In this document: positions 35,601 to 53,761 of the stretch, one piece after another
Layout of the letters: each line of letters begins with the position of its first letter
How positions within the stretch are numbered: the first letter of the stretch is position 1
NCBI GenBank assembly: GCA_965112155.1
Contig: OZ218111.1
Strand: one strand, 5' to 3'
DNA: 64,000 nucleotides
Source of the DNA: Podarcis liolepis
Taxonomy: Eukaryota
Notes under the pieces: model-generated
Seen by the model: only the letters and a program-made list of their open reading frames with translations
Databases searched by the model: none
What the model was told of the DNA's origin: nothing
Position numbers and translations under genes: made by a program

Positions 35601-38600
35601 ATAATTGTTAATTAACACAGTTGTGCCATGGGCATAAGTTAATGCCAGCCCTCTGCACATTTTTCATTGAGTTTTCCACATAAAATACAATGAAAGCCAA
35701 ACTAATCAAAAGAAGATAAATAGGCACACAAAAGAAGACAATAAAGAAGTAGAAAGAGATGAGGAGGGGAAAAAACCAAGGTTCTCTGTCATAATTATAT
35801 CTTGACCTTTATTACACACACAAACGGGTGAACCCTCCCAGCTCTTACATGGGAGCTTCCCCCTCTTCCCCCAGCCTCCCTCCCTAGGAGATCCTCTCTG
35901 CGCTGAGCCCTTCATCTTCCATCCATCTGCACCTTTTTAAATGAAGCTGCTGCTGCTGCTGTTGTCCAAGAAGCTGGCAAACAGTGTGCCAGGCAGCTTG
36001 GAAGCAAATGTGCGATTTCTGTCTCACTGTCCTATTTCACTCTCTACCTTATGCTTTCCCTTGGCCTTTGGCTTTGTAAACAGACAGCCAGATTGTAGAG
36101 TGATTGTTTCTGAAGGTGCAAATGATGTGCCAGATGCTATAGTGATGTTCAGAAAGATCTAAGCTTCAAGATCCTTGCATGAACTCCTGAATTAATGAAG
36201 AGGGCACAGATAGAAGGCAAGGTCTTTTGTGTTCATCTGGCACTCTTGCATTGTGTGGCATTTGCATGCTAGAGAGAAGTGGCCATGCTGGGATTTGTGC
36301 CTGTTGAGAAGGAGGAAGATGATGTTGGAGTTGGGTGAATTAGTAAAGGTGCAGGGCAGAGCCCACAGACACGAGGAAGCCCAGCTTCTTGCATCTTCAC
36401 TAATGGCCAGTCGTAGTTCAACAAGACCTCTGGCACACGAGGTGGAATCCAGGTGTCCTTGCAGGCATGAGTGCTCTCCAGCTCACACCCTGCAGAGCAG
36501 CTGCTAACCAGCTAAGAAACTGTTTGGATGTTTATCAGAAAAGGTTGTATGGGGGTGGGGTGATGGTGGCTGGGACACAGGGCAAAGGGACAGGCATCTC
36601 TCTGAGTTCTTTTGAAGAGAGAGGTGGCTCTTATGCACATCCTTAAGAGTTTGCTTTTAAATATATCAACAACAAAAACCTCGGGCTCCCATGCCCAATT
36701 AAATCTTGATTAACCAAAAAAAGTTGGTTGGGGGAAGTTAGACAAAAGGATGACGGAATATGGAATTACAGCATCTGAGCCAGACACCCTGAATGTTACT
36801 AAACTGCTTTCACAAGAAAGCACATAAATTAGAAATACTGTTTTCGGTCTGTGGACGAAAGTTAAATTTCCAGTGTTTCCAGGCTAGTAATGTTTAGCCA
36901 CCAAAAGGTGGGATTTAACCATAAGCTGTTTGCCTCTTCTGGATGTGAAACCTATGGAATGGTAACTAGTGACTTACTCTAGTGCAAGGTGAGGCACTCC
37001 GTTTTCAACACACCCACCTATTGCAGCCCTGTGCGCCATGTCCCTTGCTGTGCCAGAGGGTCCTTGACACTGGATATGGGTGTTTTGCTGCTGCTTGGCA
37101 GCTTGACAGCTTTTTTCAGTGGTGGTTCGCCCTCTTCACACTGTGGTGGCTTTTTCCTTGCGTTGTAGCTGCTCTTCCAGCGATTGACTGGCTGGCTGCA
37201 CTGTTGGATTGCTTCTGTGATCAACTCGCAGAAGACTCTTCTGGGTCACCCTTCACAATTCAGGGGCTGGCTTGGTCAGAAGTCTCCTGCTAAGACAAAT
37301 CCAGGCCAGACTTTTCCGGATCTCTTTCCTGGATCTCCTTGTGTAGGGCAGCTGTTGAAGTGAATGGGCCAGTTGTCCAAAGATCACCAAGCAGAAGCCT
37401 TGAATCCTCTCTCAGGCAGCCTGGGGACGTTTGTACTTTACTCACCTTGCACTCTTTTCTTTTCCTTTCCTTCCTGCTCTTTGCACTTGCTTCATGAAAC
37501 TCAGAGTGAAGACGAAGAGACGGATTACGATATGAATGACTCAGATTAAGTGTGAATGCCATGGTGAGCACTAGGACTTCACCCACCTGCCTGTCCTCCC
37601 TCTGGCCTCTCCCACTGGTGCATCTTGTTTTGTGTTTGTAGTTGCTGCCTTGACCCCGTTGCCGGGTAGCCGTAGGCCCCTAGACTGCCTAGTGGTCCAC
37701 TTGTGTGTTGGCTCCTTTACTTCCTGCTGCTGTTGGTCCTCTTCAGAGGAAATGTGTTTTTGTGGCTCTTCTCACAGGGAGGAAAGCAAGACTCCACCAG
37801 GGAACCCATCTGCTTTTCACTTTAGAAAACCAGGGGAAGGTAGGGGCCAAAAGGTCTGAGCCAGGTTGCCTTCCTATGATGGCTACAGACTTTGGGTTGC
37901 TTGCTCTTTTCTTTTTTTAACTAGTACGCCTTCAGGAATTCCGGATTGCATGCCATGAAACATTGTCTTCAATCAATTGCTTTCTCTTTGAGTTTGGGTG
38001 CATCTCATCTGCTATGAGAGCAGGGGAAACAAATTGGAAAGAACTCTGTGTTTGTGGAGAAAGTGGATAGAGTTTCTTTCTCCCTCCTAATACTAGAATT
38101 CAGAGGGGTCATCAAGGAAGCTGCATGCTGGAAGATTTGGGATAGAGAAAAGGAAGTGCTTCCTAACACAGTGCACACTCCTGCAAGATGATGGCTTTGA
38201 AAGAGGATTAGACAGATTTATAGAGGAGGAGGAGGAGACTGTAGATAGCTATGGGGCCCATAGCTAGTATTGGAGGCAGTTGTTGGGGAGTGTAAGTGGG
38301 CAGATGGTGCACCTGTTGCACCGATATGCTGCTTGTGAGCTTCACAGTGGTTGACCACTGTAATAACAGGATAGTGGACTAGATCCAGTAGGTTCATTCC
38401 AAGAGGAGTCTCCTGCTCAAAAATAATCTTGGTTCTTTTCTTTCTGGAGGGAACAGCCTCATGTTCAAAAAGAGCAGAAGGATTGTCACCATGGCTGCCA
38501 GAGCTGTAGTAGAACGTTGGTCTGGTTCTTTTGCTGAGTGAGCAGACTACAAGTGTGTACACCTTCCCTGTTTTGCCATGATGAAAGGAGAAAGAGGTGG

Positions 38601-40787
38601 GGAGAAGGGTGCCAGGAGTCTGAGTCAGGAGGTGTGAACTTTTCCAATGGCGGCTGTACCTGAAAGCAGCACTGGGATGGGCTGGAAATTCCCTGTGCTT
38701 CACACACCCGTAGTGTGCCCCTCCTCCAAGTATATAAAGCCCTGCATTACTGTATGAGGGACTGGCCTTGAGCTACTTAGTGGATTCCACAATCAAGGTC
38801 CTGAGTTGTTTTTAATGCAGCTGATGTGTTGTTGACTCTTATTTCCCTAGCGACAATCTAGTAAAAGCAAGGCATGTTGTGTTTTTCCCTGCTTGCCCTG
38901 AGTGGGGATTTGTCCCTGTTCAAGGCCAACACTATCCATTTTCATCAGTGCTGATGCAAAGAGGAGAAACAGGTGAGGATTTTACAGAGAAGGTCCCTGG
39001 AAATTCTTTGGATGAGGAAGAGGCATAGTGGAAACTGCAGGTGTTGCTGGCCAAATGACGCAGTGCTGAAACATCAACACACACTGTGTTGGCTACAAGT
39101 GATATTTTGCCCTGAGATGTTTTGGGTTCCCAACATGCCAGTGCTATTAAGCAGATAAGGGTCTTTAAAAATAATGACGATTCATGTTATTATTTGAACT
39201 ATCTTATCCTTGCTTGGTGAAGCCAAGGAGTGAGGCTCCTTGATTCTCTGGCAGAGCCACTGCACTGAGTTCTCCTTAGTCCTTGTCCTCCTCAAGCAAC
39301 ACAAATAGTGGCCTGGAATGTGGCTCTTTGAGTGCCCTTCCCAGGTCCTTCAGTTGAGGGCTGAAAAGTACCTCTGATCTGTACTGCACATCCCCAGGCG
39401 AGGAGGAAGGCAGCAGCTTGTGGGCAACCAAGGCCACCTGTGAAGTGTCAGAGTGCACAGCCTGCCACTGCAACACCTTTATTTCCTGTTCTTGGCCAAG
39501 GTGTCTCCAAAGTGACTTGGAGTTTTATGGTGGTTTCTTCTGGTAGTTGATGTCATCACCACCCAGGTTCCAGGCAGGGAGGAGGCAGCCAAAAGGGTTC
39601 TCCAACCCTGATACAGGGCAAGATACTTAATTGCTGGAAAAATCCACGAAGCCAGGATATTTACATATCGTTCCTTCAGAATGTTAAGTTATACTATGGA
39701 ATTATTAAATCTCAGTAACTAGATCCCAATTGCTGAAAATTTGATAGAGGGACCTTACAATTGTCTAAAAATGTGTTACACATTTCTGCCTCAAAGAGGA
39801 GAGTGAAGTGTACCCCCTCCCAATTAAAGTGCATAATCCTTCAGTATTGTATATACGCAAACTAAGACTGATGACTGGACACACCAGAAAGTGGGGTATT
39901 TGTACATCTTTCTTTGGAAAAGGCAGACAGGCTGTACTGTATTAGAAACTTTAAATCTAGCACACTCGCTACTGAAGACATCCTCATTGCTTGAAAAACA
40001 GTAAAATAAGCACTAAAGGGAGGGCATCAAAACTGGAGCAAAGAACCCAGGCAGGCATGGTTCTGCAGCCTCAGGTTGTGATCTACAGCTGTTGTTCATT
40101 TGAATTAACCTTTAGGAGGGGAGGGGGATTTCCAGTGGCTGCACCCCTACTTTCAGATTGCATATGTCATACTAATAAATGCTATAGAGTCATAGAATTG
40201 TAGAGTTGGAAATGGATCTCCAAGGGTCATTTAGTCCAACTCCCTGCAATGCAGGAATCACAGCTGAAAAATCCCTGACAGATGGCCATCCAACCTCTGC
40301 TTGAAAACCTCCAAGGAAGAAGAGCCCACACCTTCCGAGGGAGTCCATTCTACTCTCAAACACTTCTTACCACTAACACTTAGTGAGAACATAATCAGCA
40401 AAGCGAGCTGTTGATCGCATAAATGGCCCATTTTTTAATCCACAACTGTTCTTTTCAAACTGGGAGCTGGACCACTCACATACACTGGCCTAGCTGTACA
40501 ACCTAGCTAGTTTTGTAGGGAATGGGTGAGTCTGGCCTGTTGGCAGTTCCCTTAATTAACTTCCTATGTTTTGAGTAGCAGCTGACTGCCTAGTTCACCA
40601 TCATGTGCCAAGGTGTCTTGCGTCAGAGAACAAAATCAGCTTGTTTGCCTGTTTTAAGGTTTTGCCTTCAAGAATGCCGGAGTCTTTCCACTGTGTGAGT
40701 CTTGCTGGAGAACCTTACCATGCAGAATCTCACCACTTGTTGTTTGTTTCCTTCCAGATCTTGCAGGAGCGAGGTTCAAGGATGTAA
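26008..40787 (+). CDS. KCTD5: BTB/POZ domain-containing protein KCTD5 (CUL3 adaptor), 6 coding exons, 260 aa
   Basis: Exons: 26008-26337, 31487-31595, 32066-32157, 32517-32612, 33817-33942, 40758-40787 (783 nt). Peptides: [86 protein letters not shown], ending ILQERGSRM*. Adjacent to PDPK1 as in human. Confidence 0.97.
27465..27590. mobile_element. degraded short hAT-derived MITE
   Basis: GGACTCTGACTTCCATCATCC...GGGGGTTGGAGTCCAACGACATCTG pattern; related copies at ~5950-6036 and ~27995-28078. Confidence 0.6.
30010..30500 (-). mobile_element. CR1 LINE 3' fragment interrupted by a small insertion
   Basis: CATAGCCATTGTGGCTAGTAGCCATTG...TTTAAAAGCCGTTCAAGTTGG...GTGTGAAGAAGTCCTTCC; same family at ~57340-57540. 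Confidence 0.7.
34505..34864. mobile_element. pogo-like MITE, same TIR family as 10206-10718
   Basis: TTGGCCTGAATATAAG ... GCAGCTTATATTCGGGCCAATACGG(TA). Confidence 0.8.
37505..37563 (+). CDS. KCTD5: candidate KCTD5 cassette exon encoding alternative acidic C-terminus [14 protein letters not shown]
   Basis: Branch-like TACTCAC and long polypyrimidine tract, CAG acceptor at 37502-37504, phase 0 matching exon 5, TAA at 37547-37549, donor ATG|GTGAGC at 37564. Confidence 0.6.
40183..40371 (-). mobile_element. CR1 LINE 3' end
   Basis: CATAGAATTGTAGAGTTGGAA...GTCCAACTCCCTGCAATGCAGGA...CCATCCAACCTCTGCTTGAAAACCTCCAAGGAAG. Confidence 0.8.
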
Positions 40788-43700
40788 CTGTGCCCCAGTA
40801 TTGAATGCTGACAAGTTTTCCTTTGCATTGCCACACGAAGAGGCTTGGCACCAAGAGGATGTCGCTTGTTCAGACCATTTCTGTAGTTCTGGATTTTGAA
40901 CCCTGAAGGTGGTGCTGCAGCTGGAGCTGGCTGCTTGCAGATGCCTGCCTTCAGCAGCAAGAGGGGTTGTGTTGGCTCTGGTGCCCGGTTGTGCTGATCT
41001 TAATCCCATGGAAAGAAGATTTGACTTCACTCTATGCTTTCCTTCCGAAGAGATATAGCGATGCTTTGCTGTTTGTAGGGAAACAATTTGGGTTTTAATA
41101 ATTGTAGGCAGTTCAAGGTCAACATACTTGGTGCTATGAATAAATTACAGCCCACATGTGGGCACACATCCTTAAGCAGCTCCAGTTGACTGTGGCGGCT
41201 GCTGTACATTCCTTGGGGATCTATTGTAAGAATGCACTACCCCAGACTAAGGGAGGGGTGCATCTTCATCCCCCTCCTGACCCTGCTTACTTCAGTAGCC
41301 AGAGGGTATTCTCTTCTTGGGAAGAAGGTCTTATTTTGCCCACATCTCTAGGGAAGCCTTCCTCTCCAGGTAACTTGCTCCTGCAAAGGTTAACCTCCAA
41401 TTTTAGCTACACTTTAGGATTGAAGCCCCAGTTAAACAAAAATAATACGGCAAATACCTTGCCTTGCACACATGTGTGCACACACGAAAACACACACACA
41501 CACCAAAGTTGCGTTCTTCGTTTTTAGAAATGCCTGCAAGTATTGCTACCCCCGTGGACTCACAGCACTGAAGGTAGACATGGGGGTTGAGTCTTCATGG
41601 GTGCTCCATCATGAAGGCTGGGAATGAGAATCTCTGTGCTCAAAAGCATCAGAGTTTGTGCAGCTGAAGGCAGGAATTATTGTGATTCTTTAACAGATGT
41701 TTACAGTCATTTCTACATTCTCTTATCTATGCAGTTCCTTCTGATGTTTGGCAAGTACTGTCAATAACACTTGTGGTTTCATTGAGAGAGGCTTGTGGTA
41801 AATGTGAAGAAACACAACTGGAGCTTTTTAGTGTACTGTGTTTAAATGAAACCATTAGCATGTCTTTTGAAAATAGGTTTAAAGGAGTATATACAGATCT
41901 CTCTACTTCATAGAGCACAGAGAGGAGCCCTTGCTTGTCTGAGGCTCTCTTAACATGCTACCTATATTTTAACTTTCATTAAGCAACTCACAGAAGCTGT
42001 GTGTATACACACCCCTTCCTTTTCCATTCAGATGTGTGGAGTCCTCACAATCTTGAAGCATCCCTTGTCTGCCTGCATTTTTGATCTGGTTTTTGGCAAA
42101 CCTTTTCTGCCCAGTAGATCAGCAAGTGGGCCATTTGTCTTTTGCCATGGAGACTGGTCTGCACAGAAAGTTGCAAGGCCCTCCTCAACATTGAGTAATC
42201 CGTTTGTCTTTTTTAAGATGTTAGCATTGAAATGAATTTACTAAAATGTAATTCTTCTGAAGGGTGAAATGTTTCTACTTTTATACTTTTTTAGGCATCT
42301 GTGTTTGATTACCGTAAAGCGAACGCCAATGTGCTAAGAGATCACATTTCGTGTACGTAGAAAGAAATGTTACTGCGAGTGTGTCTGCGTGTGCATTTGT
42401 GTGTGCACGCGCACATATATGCAGATGCAAAGATGGCTCTTGAATTGGCTGAACAGGCCTTGTTCTCCTTCAGGCCCCACCGTTACTGTGACGCATTCTG
42501 CCAGGGCAGCCTGAGTGACTGACTCGAAAGGCCTCCATCTCCAAACAGCCTTTCCTTAAAGGTGGTGCACATGCCTGTCCAGAAACTGCCTTTGAATGTT
42601 TTTGCTGTAAGTAGCAAAGGATTTGACTGACACAAATTTCAGGCTTGAGGGGGGGCAGCAGCAAAACATGGTGAGTGGAAGGAGGTGGAGCACAGAAGCA
42701 GCCACTCTGTCCATCAAGTGGCCAGTGAACATGTTTGCTGCTTTGGGGTGGGATTTCCCACCTTGCTGCCACTGTCCCCTTATGTCCTTGGAGGAGGGGA
42801 TTTTTGATGTTCCTCCTGTTCCCCCTCTGACTTTAAAGCCAGAAAGCATCAGGAGACACTTTGGAAGGGGCTGAAGCCAGCATCTGTCAGGGTGATGATT
42901 TTGGCTGCAGGCAAGGTTTTCTCTCTGCATTGGTTTGGCTTCTTACTGAACGCAGAAAAAGTTTTAGCATGTTGAACAGTATGAAATTTAAGTTGCATCC
43001 TAGGATTTAAACCTTGCAAGTGTGGAATCCTTTTGTATTCTTCATGATTGTGGAATGTGGTCTGTGGTATAAAGCTTAGCATGTTGAGAACCTCAGCTTC
43101 CATTGTTGGCTTAAGAAAAAATACAGGTTTCTTGCCCTCGTGATGGGTAATGTAGGCAGTGTGAGGAGAGCTCAGAAAGCAAGTGGGTGCCAGACTGGGC
43201 TTTCCTATTCTTTGTGGCTCTACTTCTGTCTCCCAGAACTGCCACCTCAGGCCTTTTATTCTCTCCTTTTCCCTTTGTTACTTGTCTGTAGGCTCCTGAA
43301 ACTTGGAAGCCAGGTATCTTTTAAAAATTAGGGGAAGTATTTAAATTGGCACTGCAGAAGATCACTTTCTTTGGTACAAATTTTAGATTGTACCAAAAAC
43401 CCTATACCATGAAGTGTAGAGGACAGCAGGTAAAGGGCTACCCAGGTGCCTTCTGCTTCTTTGCTAAGGTTCTTTAAGGGGAGAGAACAGGTGCTCCTTT
43501 CAGCCACTTGCCACTTTCCTCACTTCAGTGGGTTAGTGTCTCTATGCATTATGCAAATTACATCCCCCCCTTGGAGAACTGGATAGATTTCAGCAGCTTA
43601 AAAAGGCAAACTTTCCCATTGCCTGTGGGGCCCTCCTGTCTCTGGACTCTGAAATACTAAAGTGGAGACAGACAACTTTTGTTGCACTGCTCAGCTGTAG

Positions 43701-43823
43701 TTTAGCCTCAGCTTTGCCTTCATTTTACTCAGTTTTTTAAAAGAAATGTCAATTATTTATTTAAAAAGGGGGTGGGGAGAGCAAATGTGAAGTTTCTCAT
43801 GTAAACAAGGGGCTTGAAGGCCT

Positions 43824-44066
43824 GCCAGTGTGGTGTAGTGGTTAAGAGCGGTAGTCTTGTAATCTGAGGAACCGGCTTCGCTTCTCCGCTCCTCCACATG
43901 CAGCTGCTGGGTGACCTTGGGCCAGTCACACTTCTTTGAAGTCTCTCAGCCCCACTCACCTCACAGAGTGTTTGTTGTGGGGGAGGAAGGGAAAGGAGAT
44001 TGTTAGCCGCTTTGAGACTCCTGAGGGGGAGTGAAAGGCGGGATATCAAATCCAAACTCTTCTTCT
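43824..44066 (+). mobile_element. full-length tRNA-derived CORE-type SINE with L2-like tail (lacertid POM/Squam-like)
   Basis: A box TGGTGTAGTGG, CORE-like GTGACCTTGGGCCAGTCAC, tail AGCCGCTTTGAGACTCC...GAAAGGCGGGATATCAAATCC(TCT)n. Family name from recollection. Confidence 0.85.
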
Positions 44067-47000
44067 GCCCCCCCCCAAGAGATAATTGACTCTCAAGGCG
44101 CAAGAGGCCCTGCAATGATGCCTGACAACAAAAGAAATAGATGCTTCAGTTACATCTGTGCTCATTTAGCCATGCAACTTTCTGTCTTGTCTGTCCCATC
44201 CCTTGCTGCCATAAGCTGTCATTTAGTCTGGAAAAAACATGCCCCATTTCAGACACTTTCCCCTGCAAGAAAGATAAGTTTAGAGGCACACATACAACCA
44301 TGGCCTGACACCCGGATGCTGCCATTCCCTGACTCTCACATATTTTAGTAAAAGGTGGGTAGAATGAGTAGAGAAAATTGCTTTTGTCGCAAGAGGAGAG
44401 ATCGGCCCAAGGCCTGCTGTGTCCTTGTAGAGGGTGGGAGAGAGAACACTCCTTTCTCACTGTCAGAGCTGCCACTTAACAAAGTTGAGTGTTGCCAAAC
44501 ATTCACATGCTCTCCTACCCCAGGAGTGGCAGCTGTTGCCTCTGTTTCATTGCAAGGTTCTTTCTGCTAGTATGCTGGTCTCTGGAGCAAATGATCTTGC
44601 GCACTGATATAGGACTAGGGCCAAACTATGCTCACACATAGGACATCCACACCATCAGGCATTCTGTGCAATTGCTACTTGTGTGTAGGGGTTCCCTTGC
44701 AGACAGCCAAAATCAGTCACCGTCAGAGGGTAGGACTGGTATGGCATTAGAAAGAGATGCATGGACTCCCTCTGGCTTAAAACCAATAGTTCCCTGCATG
44801 TGAGTTAACACCTCAATTCAAGGAGAAATGGAGTTCCTTTGAAAGGCTGTAGTCCAAGTTCAGTCTTTGTCTACTTCTTGGACCTTCCTTCAAATTCCAT
44901 TTTTAGTGCTGTTGCTGAACTGAGATATTTTTCACAGCCTGGGCTACTTTACCTGCTTGCAAACAGAAAATGGATTTGAAACAAGCCTGGAAGTGGTTCT
45001 TTGCTTATTCAGTTCTCCTTCACTATCTTGGCCATCTCTGAATCCTGCTTTAGAGCTGCCGTTTAAGATGTTGGTAATGCATTTACTTAGGGAAACATGG
45101 GTGCCTCAAGCTTTGTGACAACTTGCTCCAAAAATGAGGGCTGAAAGGGCTACCTGGCTGTAATTGTCATGCAGTAGGAATGTCAAGGGCTGGCCTTTCC
45201 ACAGAACTTGAATGCAAGTTAATGAAAGTTTGCTTGCATTTCAGTGGGGCCCTAATCAAGAAGATGCATTTGCTTGTGAACATTCCATCATTTACAAAAC
45301 TGAATTGTCATGTGTGGAAAAGTGTGTTTTCTGTCCTTCCATAGGGTAGAAAACAGGTCATTGCTTGGGGCCAAGTTTATCAAAGGCAGCGTTTTCACTG
45401 TGCTTACAAAGGACTAGATTTTCTGTGCACCTGGACAGGAAGCAAATCCGAATACTTGATGCATGCTTTACTTTTTAAAACTTAACTACAAACCTAGAAT
45501 TATTGCTACTACTAGTCAGGGGGGTCTGTGTAGTGCATCCATGAGCAGAGGCACTCCTGTGCTTTTGAATACAGCAGTATGAGTGGGCTTCCCAGGAAGG
45601 GCACTTGGTTGCCTTTTGGTCTGATCCAGGAGGGTTCTTCCTACATTAAAACTTCCCAGGTAGACCAACCAACAGGAGAGGTGAGATCATCACACTGCCT
45701 TCCTCTGTGCTCTGGAAAGGTTGACCCTTTAAAACACTGATGAGGAGAGGCTGGTTTGAAATTAGGCTCTCCCTGTGCCTCCCCCCATACCCCACCTGTT
45801 TGCTTTCTGCCAGGGTGGGGGAAGCAGTGACATCAATTATTTTTTTTAAAAAAAGTGGTACAATCTTATCTTCCAGACAGTGGATTAGCAATAGTTCTTT
45901 TTTGCACCAGTTCTTTATCTTTGAAGAGTACTTTTTGCAGCAGTTTGACACCTGGCATTGCACCCTTCCCCGCCTCTGTACTTTTGGCCTGGCTGTGAGC
46001 AGAACAAAATGAAAGATTTCTTAGAGGAGTCCCTTTCGAGGCATCTCTAGTTCGTTTTCAGGTGGATGTGTCACTTCTGGAACAAATATATTACTGATAT
46101 GTGTGGATGTTTTAAAGAAAAGTTTCGTTACACTCGCTCCTTGTAAAGTGCATGAAATAAACGTCTCCTTTCTAACAAAGCTGCCGTTGTGGGTCTTGGT
46201 TTCTGGGGCTGCGCTTGCAGGGCGGTGTCGGAGCGGTGTCCCAGCCTCTTCAGGGCGCAGCTGGAGTTCGGCTTCCAACCTCGCTGCTCCAGCCAACCCA
46301 CCGGCCGTTCTTCGGCTCTGCTCGCGCAGGGAGGGTCGCATCTTGGCCTCGCAGCATTACTACTACTACATTTATTACATATTTTATTATTATCCTCCCC
46401 CATCTGGCAGGATTTCCCCGGTGTTCTCCACGTGTGGCCCACTGTGGGGGCGGAGCTTCCCAGCCAAGCTCCAATGGGGAGGAAGGGGAGGGGCAGTCGA
46501 GCCCCATCCGGGTTCTCAGAGCGACTCCCGTCATCATGGCAACCAGCCCCACCCCCAGAGGTGGGCTCACCGGTTGCCCAGCTCCGTGGATTGGCGGGGA
46601 ATTCGCTCCGCCCCTGGGCGGAACCTACTTCTCTACCCGCGCAGAGTCGGCCCGCTCTGAGCTTCCAGGCCTGGCTGTGGCGCTGAAGTGCGCGCGCACC
46701 GCGCAGGCGCCGTTTGGCGGACGGGTCGCGCCGAGGGACAGGCTGCGCCGACGCGCTCCGCTTCCTGCGAGGGAAAGTCCAGGCTTGAGACAAAAGGGGG
46801 GGAGGCGAGTAGGGAACATCCGGGTCATTCGCCGCCGCCGCCGTCGCCTGAATCCGGGACACGCGCGGGAGCTGCTGCTGCGGCCGCTACACGGTGAGGC
46901 CTTTGGCGGGAGGACGCCTAGGAAGAGGCCGCGGGCAGGAGCGGGAAGCGGAGGAGGCGGCGGCGGCGGACTGGGCCTAGAGGCAGCCCTGAGGCGGAGA

Positions 47001-47529
47001 GGAAAACGCGCGGCGGAGGCCTCTCAGCCCGCGGAGCGGCCGCCTTCTCGGCCTCCTCCCGGGGCTCCCGCTGGTCCCTCAAGGTCAGGCCTGGCTGCTC
47101 GCGCTCCGCCTCCGGGGCGAGGAGAAGGCCGGGCCGGGCCCATAGCCGGGTTCCGCCGAGGCGGGGCTGGTTGCTCCGGGGCCGGGCCTTCCTGCGGCGG
47201 CGGCGATGCTCCTAGGGCTCGCACGGGACTCCTAGGCCGCGGTACTTCTCCGACCTCCTCCCCCCGCCCGCCCGGTTGCTGGACTTGGAGAGGGAGGAGG
47301 CGGCGGGAAGCAGCAGCGCCCGGGGAAGGGGGGAGAGGCTCAGGGTCCTGGGATCCTTCTTTCTCTTCCCCCTCCCTCTCCCGCCTCGTCGGGAAAGCTG
47401 ACAGTTTCCGGGGCTGCGGTGGCAAAGTCGCCCCAAGACGGTTTTTTGCGGCCCATTAGGTGGCGGCGATGCGGAAAACTTCAGCTGCCCTGACTGGCAT
47501 CTGTTTTGTCTTGCAGAAGGACCTTGAAT

Positions 47530-52501
<4,972 letters not shown>

Positions 52502-53063
52502 GCTCCTGTCATCCAGCATCTTAAAGGAAGGGATTAATTGGCAAGAACTTGTTTACAAAACTTTTGCAAATCTATTGTCACTATGTACAATTAATAGTCA
52601 CTTAGGGGAGGGGATTGTATGTGTGCCATTTTCCATATTCGCCACTTGTATACAGTTCTAAATTTGCTGAATTGCCCCCCGTTTTTTCATACAGGGTCTC
52701 TTCCTTCAGTCTTTTGTATTTTTGATTGTTATGTAAAACTTGCTTTTATTTTAATATTGATGTCAGTATTTCAACTGCTGTAAAACTATAAACTTTTATA
52801 CTTCTATAAATTCACTAGTATCTCTAGTTTCTTTGCTTTCTGATGCAGGCATGCTTTAAACTGTTTAGAAGTATATTTTGCCTCTACTTGGCTGTAAGAA
52901 GAAAAGAAAAAAACATGCCCTCCACCCCCTTTTTTGATTTCTACCAATAATAAATTAGGTTGTTGTTGCTTAAAAGCCTCCAGATCCAAAGTCAGCCAGC
53001 ATCTTGATTCTGCATCACTTCCTTTGTGTTTATGGCGTTTTGTCTGTGTTGCTGTTTAGAGTA

Positions 53064-53069
53064 AATAAA
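53064..53069 (+). terminator. UBE2I polyadenylation signal
   Basis: AATAAA followed by a U/GU-rich downstream element, ~560 nt after the stop. Confidence 0.7.
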
Positions 53070-53761
53070 CTTGTTTCTATAAAGCTTTTTTGTCTCACTT
53101 TCTTCCTTTAATATACTTGTCACTTTTGGAGTGACCTCTCTTGCAGGCATTCAATGGCTTTGGGAGAGATATCATGCCATGGTCATTCCAGGCAGCAGGA
53201 GTTAAAAAAATCTGTGTGAGATCTTGAAAAGCCACTGGTAGTTAGTTCCATGTGACCATACTGCTGTATTCAAGCATCCAACATACAATAGCGCATCATT
53301 TGGCTGCTTGGCTTAATAGGATGAAAGGACAAACTAACCAAAGTTTGGTACATTAGTGTTTATTCCACTCCCATGAATATACATGTTGGGGGCAGGGGTA
53401 TGCTTTTCAACATTGCCATATAAGGATTTCCTTCCTTCACTTCAAAGCATCCTTTTAGCTGGACAATAGAGGTTGAAAATGCATGTTTCAGACCCAGTAG
53501 CTTCATTATCCTGGTGATATTCTCATTGGCTACTGTCCCACACCCCACTGGTGACCTAAGGAAGCTTAGAGTGCAGTTTCATCTTTCCTCTTGCCTGCAA
53601 AGTGAGGAATTTTTTTTTGTATCAAGGCACAAGTGACACAGGTTAAATGCTGCAATGGGCTTGGGGTGCTTTTGTAACACTGCAATTTCAGCCACCTTTG
53701 TTTTGCTACCATCTGATCCCCCAGAGGCAGCTCATTAGCCACTGTTGAAAGCTACACTGGA

